The notes beneath the pieces are model-generated. The model saw only the letters and a program-made list of their open reading frames with translations, did not search any database and was not told the origin of the DNA. From assembly GCA_963815455.1 (NCBI GenBank), contig CAWFGO010000001.1, positions 448,001 to 512,000 of the forward strand: DNA of 64,000 nt, given 5' to 3'. The position numbers were made by a program, and so were the translations under genes. Below are positions 28,274-38,704 of the stretch, in pieces (the first letter of the stretch is position 1; each line of letters opens with the position of its first letter). This DNA is from an uncultured Verrucomicrobiae bacterium (GTDB lineage Bacteria > Verrucomicrobiota > Verrucomicrobiia > Chthoniobacterales > UBA10450).

Positions 28274-29929
28274 GTGAAAACGATGACCAAACTTTTCTAC
28301 GGATGCGTTGTCTGGTCGGCGCTGGCATTGACCGGCTTCGCTCGGGCGGCTGAGGAACCGTTCTACGACGGGCTCGGCTCATACACGCGCAGCATCACAA
28401 CCGGTTCAGAAAAGGCGCAGCGCTACTTCAATCAAGGCCTCGCCTTCGTTCACGGATTCAATCACAACGCGGCCATCCGCTCGTTTCAGCAGGCGGCGGA
28501 GATCGAGCCCGAATGCGCCATGGCGCATTGGGGCATCGCCCTCGCGTGTGGTCCGCACATTAATTTTACGCAGGTACCGCCGCCCGCCGCCGAGCTGGCC
28601 TGGAAAGAACTCGGGCTCGCGCAAAAAAATGCCGCTAAGGCCTCCCCGGTTGAGCGCGCATTGATCGAGGCGTTGAGCAAACGTTACGCGAATCCGCAAC
28701 CCGAAGATCGCGCCCCGCTCGATCTCGCCTATGCCAATGCCATGCGGGACGTTTGGAAAAAATATCCGAGCGATCAGGACGTGGGCGCGTTTTTCGCCGA
28801 AGCGATGATGGACCTGCACCCGTGGGATCAATGGGCTCCGGATGGAAAAGCGAATCCCGGCACCGACGAAATTCTGGCAACGCTGGATGCCGTTTTAAAA
28901 TTGAATCCGAAACATCCGTTCGCGAACCACCTTTACATTCACGCGGTGGAGGCTTCGCCGCATCCCGAACGCGCGGATGCGGCCGCGGAACGCCTGCGCA
29001 GTTTGCAACCTGGTCTGGCCCACAATGTCCACATGCCATCGCACATCGACATCCGCCGCGGCCGCTGGTTGCAAGCGATAGACACAAACGTGAACGCCGT
29101 AAAAGCGGACGCTGAGTATCGAAAAGTGTTCGGCGAACCGAAAGGATTTGTGCCGATCTATGCCGCCCATAACCGGCACATGCTCGCCTACGCCGCGATG
29201 ATGACCGGACAGCGCGCTCTGGCCATGAAACATATCCGGGCCATGATCGCGGAGTTTCCACCGGAACTTTTGAAAGAATACGCCATGCAGTCGGAGGGAT
29301 TTGGCGCCATGCCGCTCGAAGTCATGGTCCGCTTCGGGCTCTGGGACCAAATTCTGGCCGAGCCCGATCAATACGCCGATTACATGCCGTTTACCCGCGC
29401 GTTTCATCACGCCGCCCGCGCGCTCGCTTATGCGGCCAAGGGCGACATTGCCAACGCGCGAAAAGCGCAGGACACGTTCTTGGAACGCGCCAAGCTCGTG
29501 CTGAAGGAGGATTTTCTAGGCAACAACAGTTGCGAAACGATTCTCGATGTCGTGACTCCAATGGTCGAAGGCGAAATCCTGGTCGCGGAAAAGAAGATCG
29601 ATAAAGGGATCGAACAATTGCGCGTTGCCATTGAAAAGGAGGATGCGCTCAAATACGACGAGCCGCCCGGCTGGTTAATCCCGGTGCGGCATTCCCTCGG
29701 GGCCGTTCTGATGAATCACCGGCGCTTCGCCGAAGCGGAAAAAGTCTATCGCGAAGACCTGAAACAATTGCCTGATAACGGCTGGTCATTGCTAGGGCTC
29801 ACGCAGAGTCTGCGAGCACAAAAGAAGCACCCGAAAGAAGCTGCGCAAACCGAAGCGAAATTTCGGAATATTTGGGAAAAAGCCGATCTGAAGATCGAAA
29901 CGTCGTGTCTCTGTCAGCCGCGCGCGTGA
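28274..29929 (+). CDS. Exported TPR-containing protein with His-rich motifs
   Basis: Signal peptide; AQRYFNQGL...FNH; NHLYIH; HNVHMPSHI; YDEPPGW; TPR-like C-terminus. Confidence 0.8.
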   Translation: MKTMTKLFYGCVVWSALALTGFARAAEEPFYDGLGSYTRSITTGSEKAQRYFNQGLAFVHGFNHNAAIRSFQQAAEIEPECAMAHWGIALACGPHINFTQVPPPAAELAWKELGLAQKNAAKASPVERALIEALSKRYANPQPEDRAPLDLAYANAMRDVWKKYPSDQDVGAFFAEAMMDLHPWDQWAPDGKANPGTDEILATLDAVLKLNPKHPFANHLYIHAVEASPHPERADAAAERLRSLQPGLAHNVHMPSHIDIRRGRWLQAIDTNVNAVKADAEYRKVFGEPKGFVPIYAAHNRHMLAYAAMMTGQRALAMKHIRAMIAEFPPELLKEYAMQSEGFGAMPLEVMVRFGLWDQILAEPDQYADYMPFTRAFHHAARALAYAAKGDIANARKAQDTFLERAKLVLKEDFLGNNSCETILDVVTPMVEGEILVAEKKIDKGIEQLRVAIEKEDALKYDEPPGWLIPVRHSLGAVLMNHRRFAEAEKVYREDLKQLPDNGWSLLGLTQSLRAQKKHPKEAAQTEAKFRNIWEKADLKIETSCLCQPRA

Positions 29930-29999
29930 ACATGGTCGTCCCGCGCCCGTAAATTTTCTAAACAAGAGAAACTCGCCATTTTCCGCGCAATCTCTAAAG

Positions 30000-30628
30000 A
30001 TGGCGCTGCAAATGGCCGGATCTTCCCAAGCCCACGACATCTTCGCCTTGAAAGCGCCGGATCGGGCGCTCTGGACCCTTTATCTTATCCGAGCCGCGCT
30101 ATCGGGACCGGGACTGCTCGTGGCACTGCCGTATCTTTATTTCCGGTATCACACCCTGCGTTACACGTTTGATGATGAGGGAATCCATATGCGAGTGGGG
30201 CTTCTTTTCCGACGCGAGGTCAATCTTACTTACGCGCGCATCCAGGATATTCATTTGCGCTCCGGTCTCCTTCAGCGCTGGCTAGGTCTGGCCGATATTC
30301 AAATCCAGACCGCGTCCGGTTCGGCCGACGCGGAGCTGGTGATCGAAGGATTTAAGGAATACGAAGCGATTCGCGATTTTCTCTACACTCGGATGCGAGG
30401 GAGCCGGATGCCGGCAACGGCGGCTAAATCGACAACGCGCGAAATGGGAACGCTTGGCCAGAATGCGACGCCAGCGAGCCCGGCGGCAATCAAAATGCGG
30501 AGCTGGTATCGTTGCTTCGCACGATTCGTGACGAATTGAGACAGGCGCGCGAGATTCTCGAGCGGCGACAGGCGGCGTCGCCTCGACCGGACGCCTCGGG
30601 CAAACCGGATACGTCGGACGATGTTTAA
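30000..30628 (+). CDS. Bacterial PH domain (bPH_2/YdbS-like) membrane protein; frameshift near 30480
   Basis: YTFDDEGIHMRVGLLFRRE...RIQDI...QRWLGLADIQIQTASG; the other frame supplies ELVSLLRTIRDEL... to TAA 30628. Confidence 0.75.
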
Positions 30629-31379
30629 GCTCTTCCGAGATTGGTGCGAGCGCTGGTTGCGCATTCCGGGCGATCCGGAACCACCTCCGGGAGATGAAGC
30701 CTGCACGCAACGTTTCCGCGCTGCCCCGAACTTTTACAATTACCTGCTTTTCCTGTGGGGATTAAAAACGGCCGCAGTCCTGGGGATCGTCCTGATATCC
30801 GTTGTTGGACCGATCGTTGCGATCGTGGCGACCGAGCCCACGCCGCGGACCATCATCGAGATTGTCATCGTCCTTCTCCCACTCATTTTTGCGGTGGCAG
30901 TAGCGTTCCGCATCTTCGCCCTTGCGCTAGTTAGGTTGGACTTCGAGAAACGCTGGTATCTGCTCACTGATCGCAGTTTGCGCGTGCGCGAAGGCATACT
31001 AAATGTCCGCGAGATGACCATCACGTTTGCCAACATTCAAAACATCTCGATCTCGCAAGGCCCGCTCCAGCGCGCCATTGGGATCGCGGACCTGCGGGTG
31101 GATACAGCCGGCGGTGCCAGTTCCTCGCGGCATGAGAAAAGCCTGTCGCAAAATTTGCACACCGCATGGTTTCGCGGTGTCGATAATGCAAACGCCATTC
31201 GCGAGCTAATTCAGAAACGCCTGCACACCCTGAAGGATTCAGGCTTGGGCGATCCCGAGGAACGGGTGCACACAGTAGGATCCCAGGAGAGCGAGATTGC
31301 GAGCGGCGAAGTCATTGCCTGTTTGCGCGAAATCGCCGCTGAAGCGGCAGGGCTACGCTTTGCGCTTGTCGAAAGTTAA
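30621..31379 (+). CDS. Bacterial PH domain membrane protein
   Basis: Two TM helices, then YLLTDRSLRVREG...NIQNISISQGPLQRAIGIADLRVDTAGG. Confidence 0.8.
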   Translation: MFKLFRDWCERWLRIPGDPEPPPGDEACTQRFRAAPNFYNYLLFLWGLKTAAVLGIVLISVVGPIVAIVATEPTPRTIIEIVIVLLPLIFAVAVAFRIFALALVRLDFEKRWYLLTDRSLRVREGILNVREMTITFANIQNISISQGPLQRAIGIADLRVDTAGGASSSRHEKSLSQNLHTAWFRGVDNANAIRELIQKRLHTLKDSGLGDPEERVHTVGSQESEIASGEVIACLREIAAEAAGLRFALVES

Positions 31380-31402
31380 GCCGCGAATGTCGCGGTAGTT
31401 CA

Positions 31403-32305
31403 TTACCCGACGACCTGAATGCCTTCGCTTGCCGTGCGCTGCGCGTAAAGATCGCTTAGCCGCTTTGTCGTCGGGCCGATTTTCCCGTCGCCAATAACGC
31501 GGTTGTCGATTTTGACCACGCCCGCGAGCTCGCCCATCGTACCGGTGCAAAAGACCTCGTCGGCGGTGTAAACATCAACGGGAGACAAATCCGCTTCTAC
31601 GCAGCGGATTTTTTCGGCAGCGCAGATTTCCATCACGGTGGCGCGAGTGATTCCCTCCGGACAGGCAACAACCCGGCTAGTGGCGAGATCGCCTTTGCGT
31701 ACGATGAATATGTGGGTCGCGTTGGTTTCTGCGACAAGTCCACGGATGTCCAGCATGAGTGCGTCGTCCGCGCCGGCGTTGTTCGCCTCGATCTTGGCCA
31801 GGATCGAATTAAGGAGATTGGCATGATGAATCCGGGCATCGAGAACTTCAGGCGATGGCCGTCGCATTTTGCTCGTGATCAATGTGAGACCGTCTTTCGA
31901 GTAAACTGGAGCCTTGTGTTCGGCGAGGATGATCAGTGTCGGATCGCCCTGATTCAGGCGTGGATCCATTCCGGAAGTGATTTTCACTCCCCGCGTGAGC
32001 GTGAGCCGGATGTGAACGTCGTCGCGCATCTTGTTCGCGGCGAGTGTGCGCTTGATTTCGTCGATAATTTTTTCGCGTAGCGGAATTTCCTGGAATGACA
32101 AGGCCCGGGCCGATCGCTCGAGCCGGTCGAGATGTTCATGAAGCTTGAAAATGCGTCCGTCGTAAAGCCGCAGACCTTCCCAAACCGCGTCGCCGCCTTG
32201 CACCGCCGAATCGAACGGGCTCACTCCTGCCTTATCGCGATGCATGAGCCGTCCGTTGATGTTGACGATCAGGTCGCGGTTTTTTTCGTTAAATTGTTGA
32301 AGCAT
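31403..32305 (-). CDS. Class IV PLP-dependent aminotransferase (branched-chain/D-amino acid type)
   Basis: GDAVWEGLR, HLDRL, ALMLD...ETNATHIF, GITR, ADEVFCTGTMGE. Start placed at MLQQ because the longer ORF begins inside a REP. Confidence 0.88.
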   Translation of the reverse strand: MLQQFNEKNRDLIVNINGRLMHRDKAGVSPFDSAVQGGDAVWEGLRLYDGRIFKLHEHLDRLERSARALSFQEIPLREKIIDEIKRTLAANKMRDDVHIRLTLTRGVKITSGMDPRLNQGDPTLIILAEHKAPVYSKDGLTLITSKMRRPSPEVLDARIHHANLLNSILAKIEANNAGADDALMLDIRGLVAETNATHIFIVRKGDLATSRVVACPEGITRATVMEICAAEKIRCVEADLSPVDVYTADEVFCTGTMGELAGVVKIDNRVIGDGKIGPTTKRLSDLYAQRTASEGIQVVG

Positions 32306-32313
32306 TTTTCCAA

Positions 32314-32375
32314 CTGTAGCGGCGGTCTCTGACCGTCGCATCTATTCGTCCGACGCTCGGAGGGCGCCGCTACAG
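32314..32375. repeat. GTAG REP doublet that supplies the stop codon of the upstream gene
   Basis: ctgtagcggcggtctctgaccgtcg ... cgacgctcggagggcgccgctacag. Confidence 0.75.
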
Positions 32376-33104
32376 TAACCGATGTTGGTAAAGCTGTTCG
32401 TAACATTCCCGGCAACGCGCGTGAATCTCACTCAGATGCGGCGGCACTTCCGCGTTTTTCGCCCGATACTGTTGGAACGATGTCGATCTTGCCACGTCGT
32501 CGTACCAGTGTTTCGCCCAAATACCATCGGTGTCGCGCAATCCCGACGGCCAGGAAAGCATCGCCTCGGTGAACTCGACTCCGACCGCATTGCATAGCGA
32601 GCGCAAAACGTGCTCCGGATTTTGCAGCACATCCTTTGCATCGATTACTGGAGGAATCGATTTCGTTCGCGCACGAACAAAATCGAAAATCGCTGCTTGT
32701 TGAACGAACCCGAGATCCTCGGCCGTGGGATCTTCCCGCCTCTTCAAATAGGAGGTGATCACTTCCCCAGGATCGCGAATAAGAAAACAATTCGTCACCC
32801 CATCGAGCCATTGTCGATCCACCTCGGGCAACAAATGATGGGTCATTTGTTTCTGGAAAAAAATGCGCTTGCCGTTCGGAATCGGACCGGTCAAATGCGC
32901 GACTACGTTCCGCCAATCTGTCTGGCCGGTGGCGATAATCTCAATTGCGCCGGGATGCTGCTTGTCTGTCGCTGCCAAATAATAAGCGTAGAATGGCTCA
33001 TCAATCACAACCGTATCCGGGCGATTGCCCCACGCGCGCATCATCGCGGTTGAAATATTCCGCGGTCCTGACCACATCGCGATGCGGATTGGAAGCAGGG
33101 CCAT
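32370..33104 (-). CDS. Sulfotransferase-like P-loop protein (partner of the class IV aminotransferase)
   Basis: IAMWSGPRNISTAMMRAW, DEPFYA, FQKQMTHH, FLIRDP. Confidence 0.8.
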   Translation of the reverse strand: MALLPIRIAMWSGPRNISTAMMRAWGNRPDTVVIDEPFYAYYLAATDKQHPGAIEIIATGQTDWRNVVAHLTGPIPNGKRIFFQKQMTHHLLPEVDRQWLDGVTNCFLIRDPGEVITSYLKRREDPTAEDLGFVQQAAIFDFVRARTKSIPPVIDAKDVLQNPEHVLRSLCNAVGVEFTEAMLSWPSGLRDTDGIWAKHWYDDVARSTSFQQYRAKNAEVPPHLSEIHARCRECYEQLYQHRLL

Positions 33105-33126
33105 TCTCTAGATCGCTCGACGCGGC

Positions 33127-34623
33127 TCAGTTTTTCCCCAATTCATACAGATACTGCACGAACGACAGCACGGCTCCGTCCATTCCCTGAATCTTCAGGT
33201 TTGACGATTCGATCACGTAATATTCATCGGGGGCATGCGCGCCACTGCCGTGGCCCAGACCAAAATGGCCCGCCGCCAGCTTGAGCGGTTCATCGGTGAA
33301 AACGTAACCGGGATACGAACCGGCGTTCCAGGGCCACATCACCGGATCGATTCCGGCACTTTTCAAAACCGCGATCTGGGCCTGGATCAGTGGCGCGTCC
33401 GCCGGCGTTGTCGTTGGATCATAGCCTCCGGTCATGTTCACATCGACATCGCCGAAGCCGTGCTTGGCCAAATGCGCTTTCAATGCCGCCAGTGCATCCT
33501 TCGCTTTCATTCCGGGCACGAGCCGCAGATCCAGTTTTGCCTGCGCCTTGTGCGGCAGAACCGTCTTTCCACCCGGGCCAGTGTAACCGCCGACCAGTCC
33601 TTCGATGTTCACAGTCGGCTGCGATTCGAGCCGCTCCAACGCCTGCGGCCAGGGAAGATTGTCGATCCAGTGCGGCACGCTGAGCCGCTTCTTTTCCGCG
33701 TCTTCGCTGCGGCGTTTCGCTGCATCGGCAATCATCTTTTTTTCCGCAGCCGTCAGTGGTCGCGGCTTGGGATAATTATCAATGGTGATGTTGTTTCCGT
33801 CGGTCGACACCAGTGTGTTGAGCGCATGGATCAGATGCCACGAGGGACTATCGACCATCGCTTTCAGCGACGAGTGAATGTCTTTCGCCGGACCACGTCC
33901 CCATTTTTCCCCGCTCGAAGTTAGCTCGCATTCGATCACGCCTTTCGCGCCCAGACTTACCGTCACAACGCCGTTTGGATCCTGCATGGCCGACGGCATG
34001 AACACGCCGACACATTTCGATAACGCCGCCTGCACCTCGGGTTTGTGCGCGACCTGCTGGAAATGGGTCGAGCCGATTTCTTCTTCGCCCTCGGCGACCA
34101 AAACCAGATTTACCGGAATTTTCTTCCCCGCGCCGCGAATCGCATGCAACGCCGCCAGCATCGCGCTTTCCGGCCCTTTCTGATTCACCGCGCCGCGGCC
34201 GATGATCACCTTCCCAAAGTCAGGCTTGTCTACCAGCGCGGCTTCGGTCGGCGGCGAAGACCATTCCGACGGATCGAACTGCTTCACATCGTACATGAAA
34301 TAAAGCCCGACCGTTTTCTTCGCGCCGGCATTGAGCGTGGCAAACACGCCGGGTTTCCCGTCGGTCGGCACCTGGGTCACCTGATCGAACCCAGCTTCAG
34401 TGGCCAGCTTCATCATGTAATTCGCGCCGTCGGGATAACCGCGATCCTCGGCGGCGATCGACACCTGATGAATCCAATCCTGCAACCGCTTCACCGATTC
34501 ATCGTGGCGTTTGGCAATCTCTTTCTTGATATCGGCGAAACCGTCCACTGCTTGCGCATGAACGCCGCTGCCAAAGATTGCTGTCGATGTGATTGCTGCG
34601 AGAAAAAACCGTGTCCAGTTCAT
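33127..34623 (-). CDS. Exported M20/M25/M40 family metallohydrolase
   Basis: Signal peptide; YFMYDVK, GRGAVNQKG, AEGEEEIGS, AHAPDEY. Confidence 0.85.
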   Translation of the reverse strand: MNWTRFFLAAITSTAIFGSGVHAQAVDGFADIKKEIAKRHDESVKRLQDWIHQVSIAAEDRGYPDGANYMMKLATEAGFDQVTQVPTDGKPGVFATLNAGAKKTVGLYFMYDVKQFDPSEWSSPPTEAALVDKPDFGKVIIGRGAVNQKGPESAMLAALHAIRGAGKKIPVNLVLVAEGEEEIGSTHFQQVAHKPEVQAALSKCVGVFMPSAMQDPNGVVTVSLGAKGVIECELTSSGEKWGRGPAKDIHSSLKAMVDSPSWHLIHALNTLVSTDGNNITIDNYPKPRPLTAAEKKMIADAAKRRSEDAEKKRLSVPHWIDNLPWPQALERLESQPTVNIEGLVGGYTGPGGKTVLPHKAQAKLDLRLVPGMKAKDALAALKAHLAKHGFGDVDVNMTGGYDPTTTPADAPLIQAQIAVLKSAGIDPVMWPWNAGSYPGYVFTDEPLKLAAGHFGLGHGSGAHAPDEYYVIESSNLKIQGMDGAVLSFVQYLYELGKN

Positions 34624-34762
34624 GCCTCCTTAATGATCGCTCGCCTTATTTCTTGCAACCTCCGACTTTGTTCCTTCAAACATACTCCCCGCGCTTTCGT
34701 GGCACGGCTGATGTTTTGGGAATGTGGTGCTGTGTTCGCGTCGTCAGCGCGATCTGCAGCAC

Positions 34763-36694
34763 TTAGACCTCTACGCGCGCGCCGAGTTCTACCACCCCGT
34801 TCGGTGGCAGGCAGAAGTATGATGTCGCGTCCCCGGCGTTTCGGGTCATCCAGGCAAACACCGAGCCGCGCCAGGAGGAGAGACCCAGTTTGCGGGTGGC
34901 AAGGATTGTTTCCCGTCCGATAAAGTAGGTTACTCGCATGGCATCGAATTGAAGACCGGTTTCCTTCACGCTCGCCAGCGCCGCCGGAACATCAGGTTTT
35001 TCCATAAACCCAAAATGAAGTTGTATCCGCCAGAATCCCCCATCCAATTTTTCAATGGCAACCCGATCTCGGGCATTTACCAGATAAGGAACCTCCGCCG
35101 TTTGCACTGTAAGTAACACGACTTGTTGGTGGAGCACTTTGTTGTGCTTAAGATTGTGGAGCAAGGCCAGAGGCGTTCCATTGCGATTGCCCGACATATA
35201 GACGGCGGTTCCCGGAACCCGGCGGATGCTCGTTTTTAGTTCGGGCAGAAAGTCCTCCAGGGGAATACAGATCTCGCTAAGCCGGCTCCGAAGAACGCGG
35301 CGCCCTTTTCGCCACGTCAGCATGAAGAACAGAATCACAGCAGAAACGAGCAAAGGGAACCAACCGCCATGAGCGATCTTCAGCATGTTCGCGCCGAAGA
35401 ATGCGAGGTCGATCGCAATAAAGAACACGGCGATTGCAAACGCTGCCGGCGCGGGCCAGTGCCAGCGATAACGAGCCACGACATAAAACAAAATCGTGGT
35501 AATCAACATCGTGGTCGTGATCGCCACGCCGTAGGCAGCGGCGAGATTGCTCGAAGTGCGAAAACCGAGCACCAGCGCGATGCAGGAAAGCATCAGGCCC
35601 CAGTTCACCACCGGCACGTAGATTTGTCCGATGATGCGCTCGGAGGTGTAATTGACTTTGAGCCGCGGGCTATAACCGAGCTGGATCGCCTGCATCGTTA
35701 AAGAAAAAGCGCCGCTGATAATCGCCTGCGACGCAATGACGGCCGCGGCTGTCGCGAGCACCACCATGGGATACAGTGCCCATGAAGGCGCCATCCGAAA
35801 AAAGGGATTTACCGCAGACTCCGGCTCAACCAGGAGAAGCGCGCCCTGCCCAAAGTAATTCAATGTCAACGCCGGGAGAACAACAGCGAACCAGGTCAAT
35901 CGAATGGGCGCAGTGCCAAAATGACCGATGTCGGCGTAGAGCGCTTCGCCACCAGTAACAACCAGGAAAACCGCGCCCAGCACGACAAAACCCCGTCCAC
36001 CATTGTTCACAAAAAATTCGAAGCCATGCAACGGATTCACTGCCGCCAGCACTTCCGGCGCACGAACAATTTGGTGAAGCCCGAGGAAACTGATCGTCAC
36101 AAACCATAACATCGTGACAGGTCCAAATACCGTGCCGACTCCCGTTGTTCCGCGCGATTGAAAGAAAAAAAGCGCAATCAAAATCGCAATCGCAATCGGC
36201 ACGACATATGGATCAAACAGCGGCGTAGCGATATGCAGTCCTTCGACAGCTCCCATCACTGAGATTGCCGGGGTGATCATCCCATCGGCGTACAGCAGTG
36301 CAGCTCCAAACAATCCGAGCGGGAAGAGGTATTTTCCTCGCCTGGCTACATCGCTTACCAGCGTCGCCAGGGCAAGGATACCGCCTTCGCCTCGATTATC
36401 CGCCCGAAGAATCAGGGTCAGATACTTGAGGGAAATGACCAGGAGAAGAGACCAAAGGATGAGTGATAACACACCAAGCACATTGGCGTGGGTCGGGGGA
36501 ACAGAGTGTTGCCCATAAAAGCATTCGCGCAGAGCGTACAGCGGGCTGGTCCCGATATCGCCATAGACGATCCCCAAGCTGGCAATGCATAAAAAGAGAA
36601 GCCGATTCCTGTGCTTCGCGGAACCAATAAAAGCAGGCGCGTGTCGGCCCGCGCCAGCGACGGGGGGAGCTAAGGTTGGAGGCCCGGAATTCAA
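34763..36694 (-). CDS. kup: KUP/HAK/KT potassium transporter
   Basis: LGIVYGDIGTSPLY, ADNRGEGG, DGMITPAISV, TGGEALYADIGHF, GQIYVP. Confidence 0.96.
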   Translation of the reverse strand: MNSGPPTLAPPVAGAGRHAPAFIGSAKHRNRLLFLCIASLGIVYGDIGTSPLYALRECFYGQHSVPPTHANVLGVLSLILWSLLLVISLKYLTLILRADNRGEGGILALATLVSDVARRGKYLFPLGLFGAALLYADGMITPAISVMGAVEGLHIATPLFDPYVVPIAIAILIALFFFQSRGTTGVGTVFGPVTMLWFVTISFLGLHQIVRAPEVLAAVNPLHGFEFFVNNGGRGFVVLGAVFLVVTGGEALYADIGHFGTAPIRLTWFAVVLPALTLNYFGQGALLLVEPESAVNPFFRMAPSWALYPMVVLATAAAVIASQAIISGAFSLTMQAIQLGYSPRLKVNYTSERIIGQIYVPVVNWGLMLSCIALVLGFRTSSNLAAAYGVAITTTMLITTILFYVVARYRWHWPAPAAFAIAVFFIAIDLAFFGANMLKIAHGGWFPLLVSAVILFFMLTWRKGRRVLRSRLSEICIPLEDFLPELKTSIRRVPGTAVYMSGNRNGTPLALLHNLKHNKVLHQQVVLLTVQTAEVPYLVNARDRVAIEKLDGGFWRIQLHFGFMEKPDVPAALASVKETGLQFDAMRVTYFIGRETILATRKLGLSSWRGSVFAWMTRNAGDATSYFCLPPNGVVELGARVEV

Positions 36695-36733
36695 CGTTGT
36701 TGAGGAGCTTAGACTTGGCGGAAATCCAGAGTA

Positions 36734-36750
36734 GTTGAAATGGTATTAAA
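36734..36750 (-). promoter_or_regulatory. Putative KdpE box upstream of kup
   Basis: TTTAAT-N5-TTCAAC on the minus strand, same geometry as the site upstream of kdpF. Confidence 0.45.
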
Positions 36751-36781
36751 ATTCAAAGGCATCATTTCCCGTGAGAGTTGA

Positions 36782-37933
36782 ATGGGCTACTGTGCTCCCG
36801 TGCTGGAAACATCCAGTTCGCGCCGCATCGAGCGATTATCCCCTGGGGGGTTGTCCGGCCAAACGACCTTCGCTCCACTGAAAGAGTACGCCATTGCGGT
36901 CGCCGGCGTGGCTGCGCTCACCATCGCTTGTTGGCTGTTAACACCGCTAATCGGTTACGGGGCCATTTCTCTGATCTTTCTCCTGGGCGTCCTGCTTGCA
37001 GGAATGATTCTTAATCGAGGGCCGGTCCTGCTGATTGCAGCACTCAGTGCCCTCTCATGGAATTTCCTGTTCATTCCGCCGCTGTTTACCCTGCACATCG
37101 CGAAATTTGAGGATGCGTTGACCTTTGCGACCTACTTCATTGTCGCGATCGCTGTGGGAAGTTTGACTTCTCAACTGAAGGCGAGGGAGCATCTGGCAGC
37201 TCAGGTCCAGCTGGCCCAGGAATCCGAGCGGCTTCGCAAGACCTTGCTCGATTGCGTTTCACATGAACTGAAAACTCCCCTTGCCGCCATTGCCGCGGCC
37301 AGTCAGGAACTGGTCCGGCTCGCGCCAACGACCCACGACAAGGCGCCGGTCGAACAGCTGGCCCGCGAAATCCGCGACGCCTCCCGCAGGCTCAATCGCG
37401 TCGTCAACAATCTCCTCGATATGAATCGACTCGAGAGCGGAGTGATCCGGCCAGAACAAGAATGGTGCGAAGTCCATGAATTATTGCAATCGGCAGTGGA
37501 AATCGAGCGCGAATCAGTCAATGGCCGCGACGTTCGAGTCGATGTCGCGGAAAACACTCCGCTGGCCCTGGTCGATCACGCCTTGATTGAACAGGCTGTC
37601 GCGAAACTCATAGCCAATGCGGCGAGTCATGCCCCGGCCCGGGCGCCGATCGAGATCGATGCCGAGTATAGCGGAGAAGAGTTGCTCATCTCGGTCAGCG
37701 ATCGCGGGCCGGGACTTCCACCAGGCTCGTCTGACCGATTGTTCGAGAAATTCTACCGCGGCGACAACCGCAAAACCGGTGGCCTCGGGCTGGGATTATC
37801 GATCGCTCGAGGATTCGTCGAGGCGCATGGCGGCACACTGGTGGCTGAGAACCGGGATGGCGGCGGGGCGCGATTCACCATCCGTTTGCCGGTACGGATA
37901 ACAGATGCAGACGCATTGGAGTCTTCATCATGA
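36782..37933 (+). CDS. Short KdpD-like histidine kinase (4-TM DUF4118 + HisKA + HATPase only)
   Basis: WNFLFIPPLFT TM signature; SHELKTPL; DRGPG; GLGLGLSI. No N-terminal KdpD/USP domain. Confidence 0.85.
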   Translation: MGYCAPVLETSSSRRIERLSPGGLSGQTTFAPLKEYAIAVAGVAALTIACWLLTPLIGYGAISLIFLLGVLLAGMILNRGPVLLIAALSALSWNFLFIPPLFTLHIAKFEDALTFATYFIVAIAVGSLTSQLKAREHLAAQVQLAQESERLRKTLLDCVSHELKTPLAAIAAASQELVRLAPTTHDKAPVEQLAREIRDASRRLNRVVNNLLDMNRLESGVIRPEQEWCEVHELLQSAVEIERESVNGRDVRVDVAENTPLALVDHALIEQAVAKLIANAASHAPARAPIEIDAEYSGEELLISVSDRGPGLPPGSSDRLFEKFYRGDNRKTGGLGLGLSIARGFVEAHGGTLVAENRDGGGARFTIRLPVRITDADALESSS

Positions 37934-38613
37934 AAGCCGCTCATATTGCTCTAATCATTGATGACGAAAAACAAATCCGCCGGCTTCTTCGCGTCGCCCT
38001 GGAAGGAGCGGGTCATCAAGTCTACGAAGCGGAAACAGGAGAATCCGGTCTGACCGAAATAGTGCAGCGCCAACCGGACGTGGTTCTTCTCGACCTCGGT
38101 TTGCCCGACATGGAAGGTGTCAAAGTCCTGCAGCGTTTGCGCGAATGGTCGGATGTGCCGGTGCTGATTCTTTCAGTTCGGGACGACGCCGATGAAAAAG
38201 TCGCGGCGCTCGATGCCGGGGCGGATGATTACGTAACCAAGCCGTTCGACACGGCCGAGCTGCTGGCCCGCATTCGCGCGACTCAACGGCGATCCTTAAC
38301 AGAAACGGGCGACCCGGTCTTCAACTGCGCCGGACTCTCCGTCGATTTCTCGGCACGTCGGGTAACGCTCGATGGGGTTGAAGTTAAGCTTACCCCCACC
38401 GAGTACCCATTGCTCCGGGTGCTCGTTCAGAACGCCGGAAAAGTCGTAACCCACCGGCAGTTGCTTCGAAGCGTCTGGGGAGAGAAGGCCGAAACCCAGG
38501 CGCAATATCTGCGGGTTTACATCACCCATCTGCGAAGAAAACTCGAAACCAATCCGAACACGGCCAGGCTGATCAAAACGGAAGTCGGCATCGGCTATCG
38601 GCTTTCGCAGTAG
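37930..38613 (+). CDS. kdpE: KdpE-family response regulator
   Basis: LDLGLPD, KVAALDAGADDYVTKPF, YLRVYITHLRRKLE. Confidence 0.88.
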   Translation: MKAAHIALIIDDEKQIRRLLRVALEGAGHQVYEAETGESGLTEIVQRQPDVVLLDLGLPDMEGVKVLQRLREWSDVPVLILSVRDDADEKVAALDAGADDYVTKPFDTAELLARIRATQRRSLTETGDPVFNCAGLSVDFSARRVTLDGVEVKLTPTEYPLLRVLVQNAGKVVTHRQLLRSVWGEKAETQAQYLRVYITHLRRKLETNPNTARLIKTEVGIGYRLSQ

Positions 38614-38631
38614 AAGCTGCGAGCGCGTAGC

Positions 38632-38648
38632 ATTAACACTCTTTTAGC
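38632..38648 (+). promoter_or_regulatory. Putative KdpE box upstream of the 71-aa ORF
   Basis: ATTAAC-N5-TTTAGC. Confidence 0.35.
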
Positions 38649-38704
38649 ACCGCAGAGGCAGATTTTAATTAGCTGCTCCGCACCCGGCGGGACCACGGTT
38701 AGGT

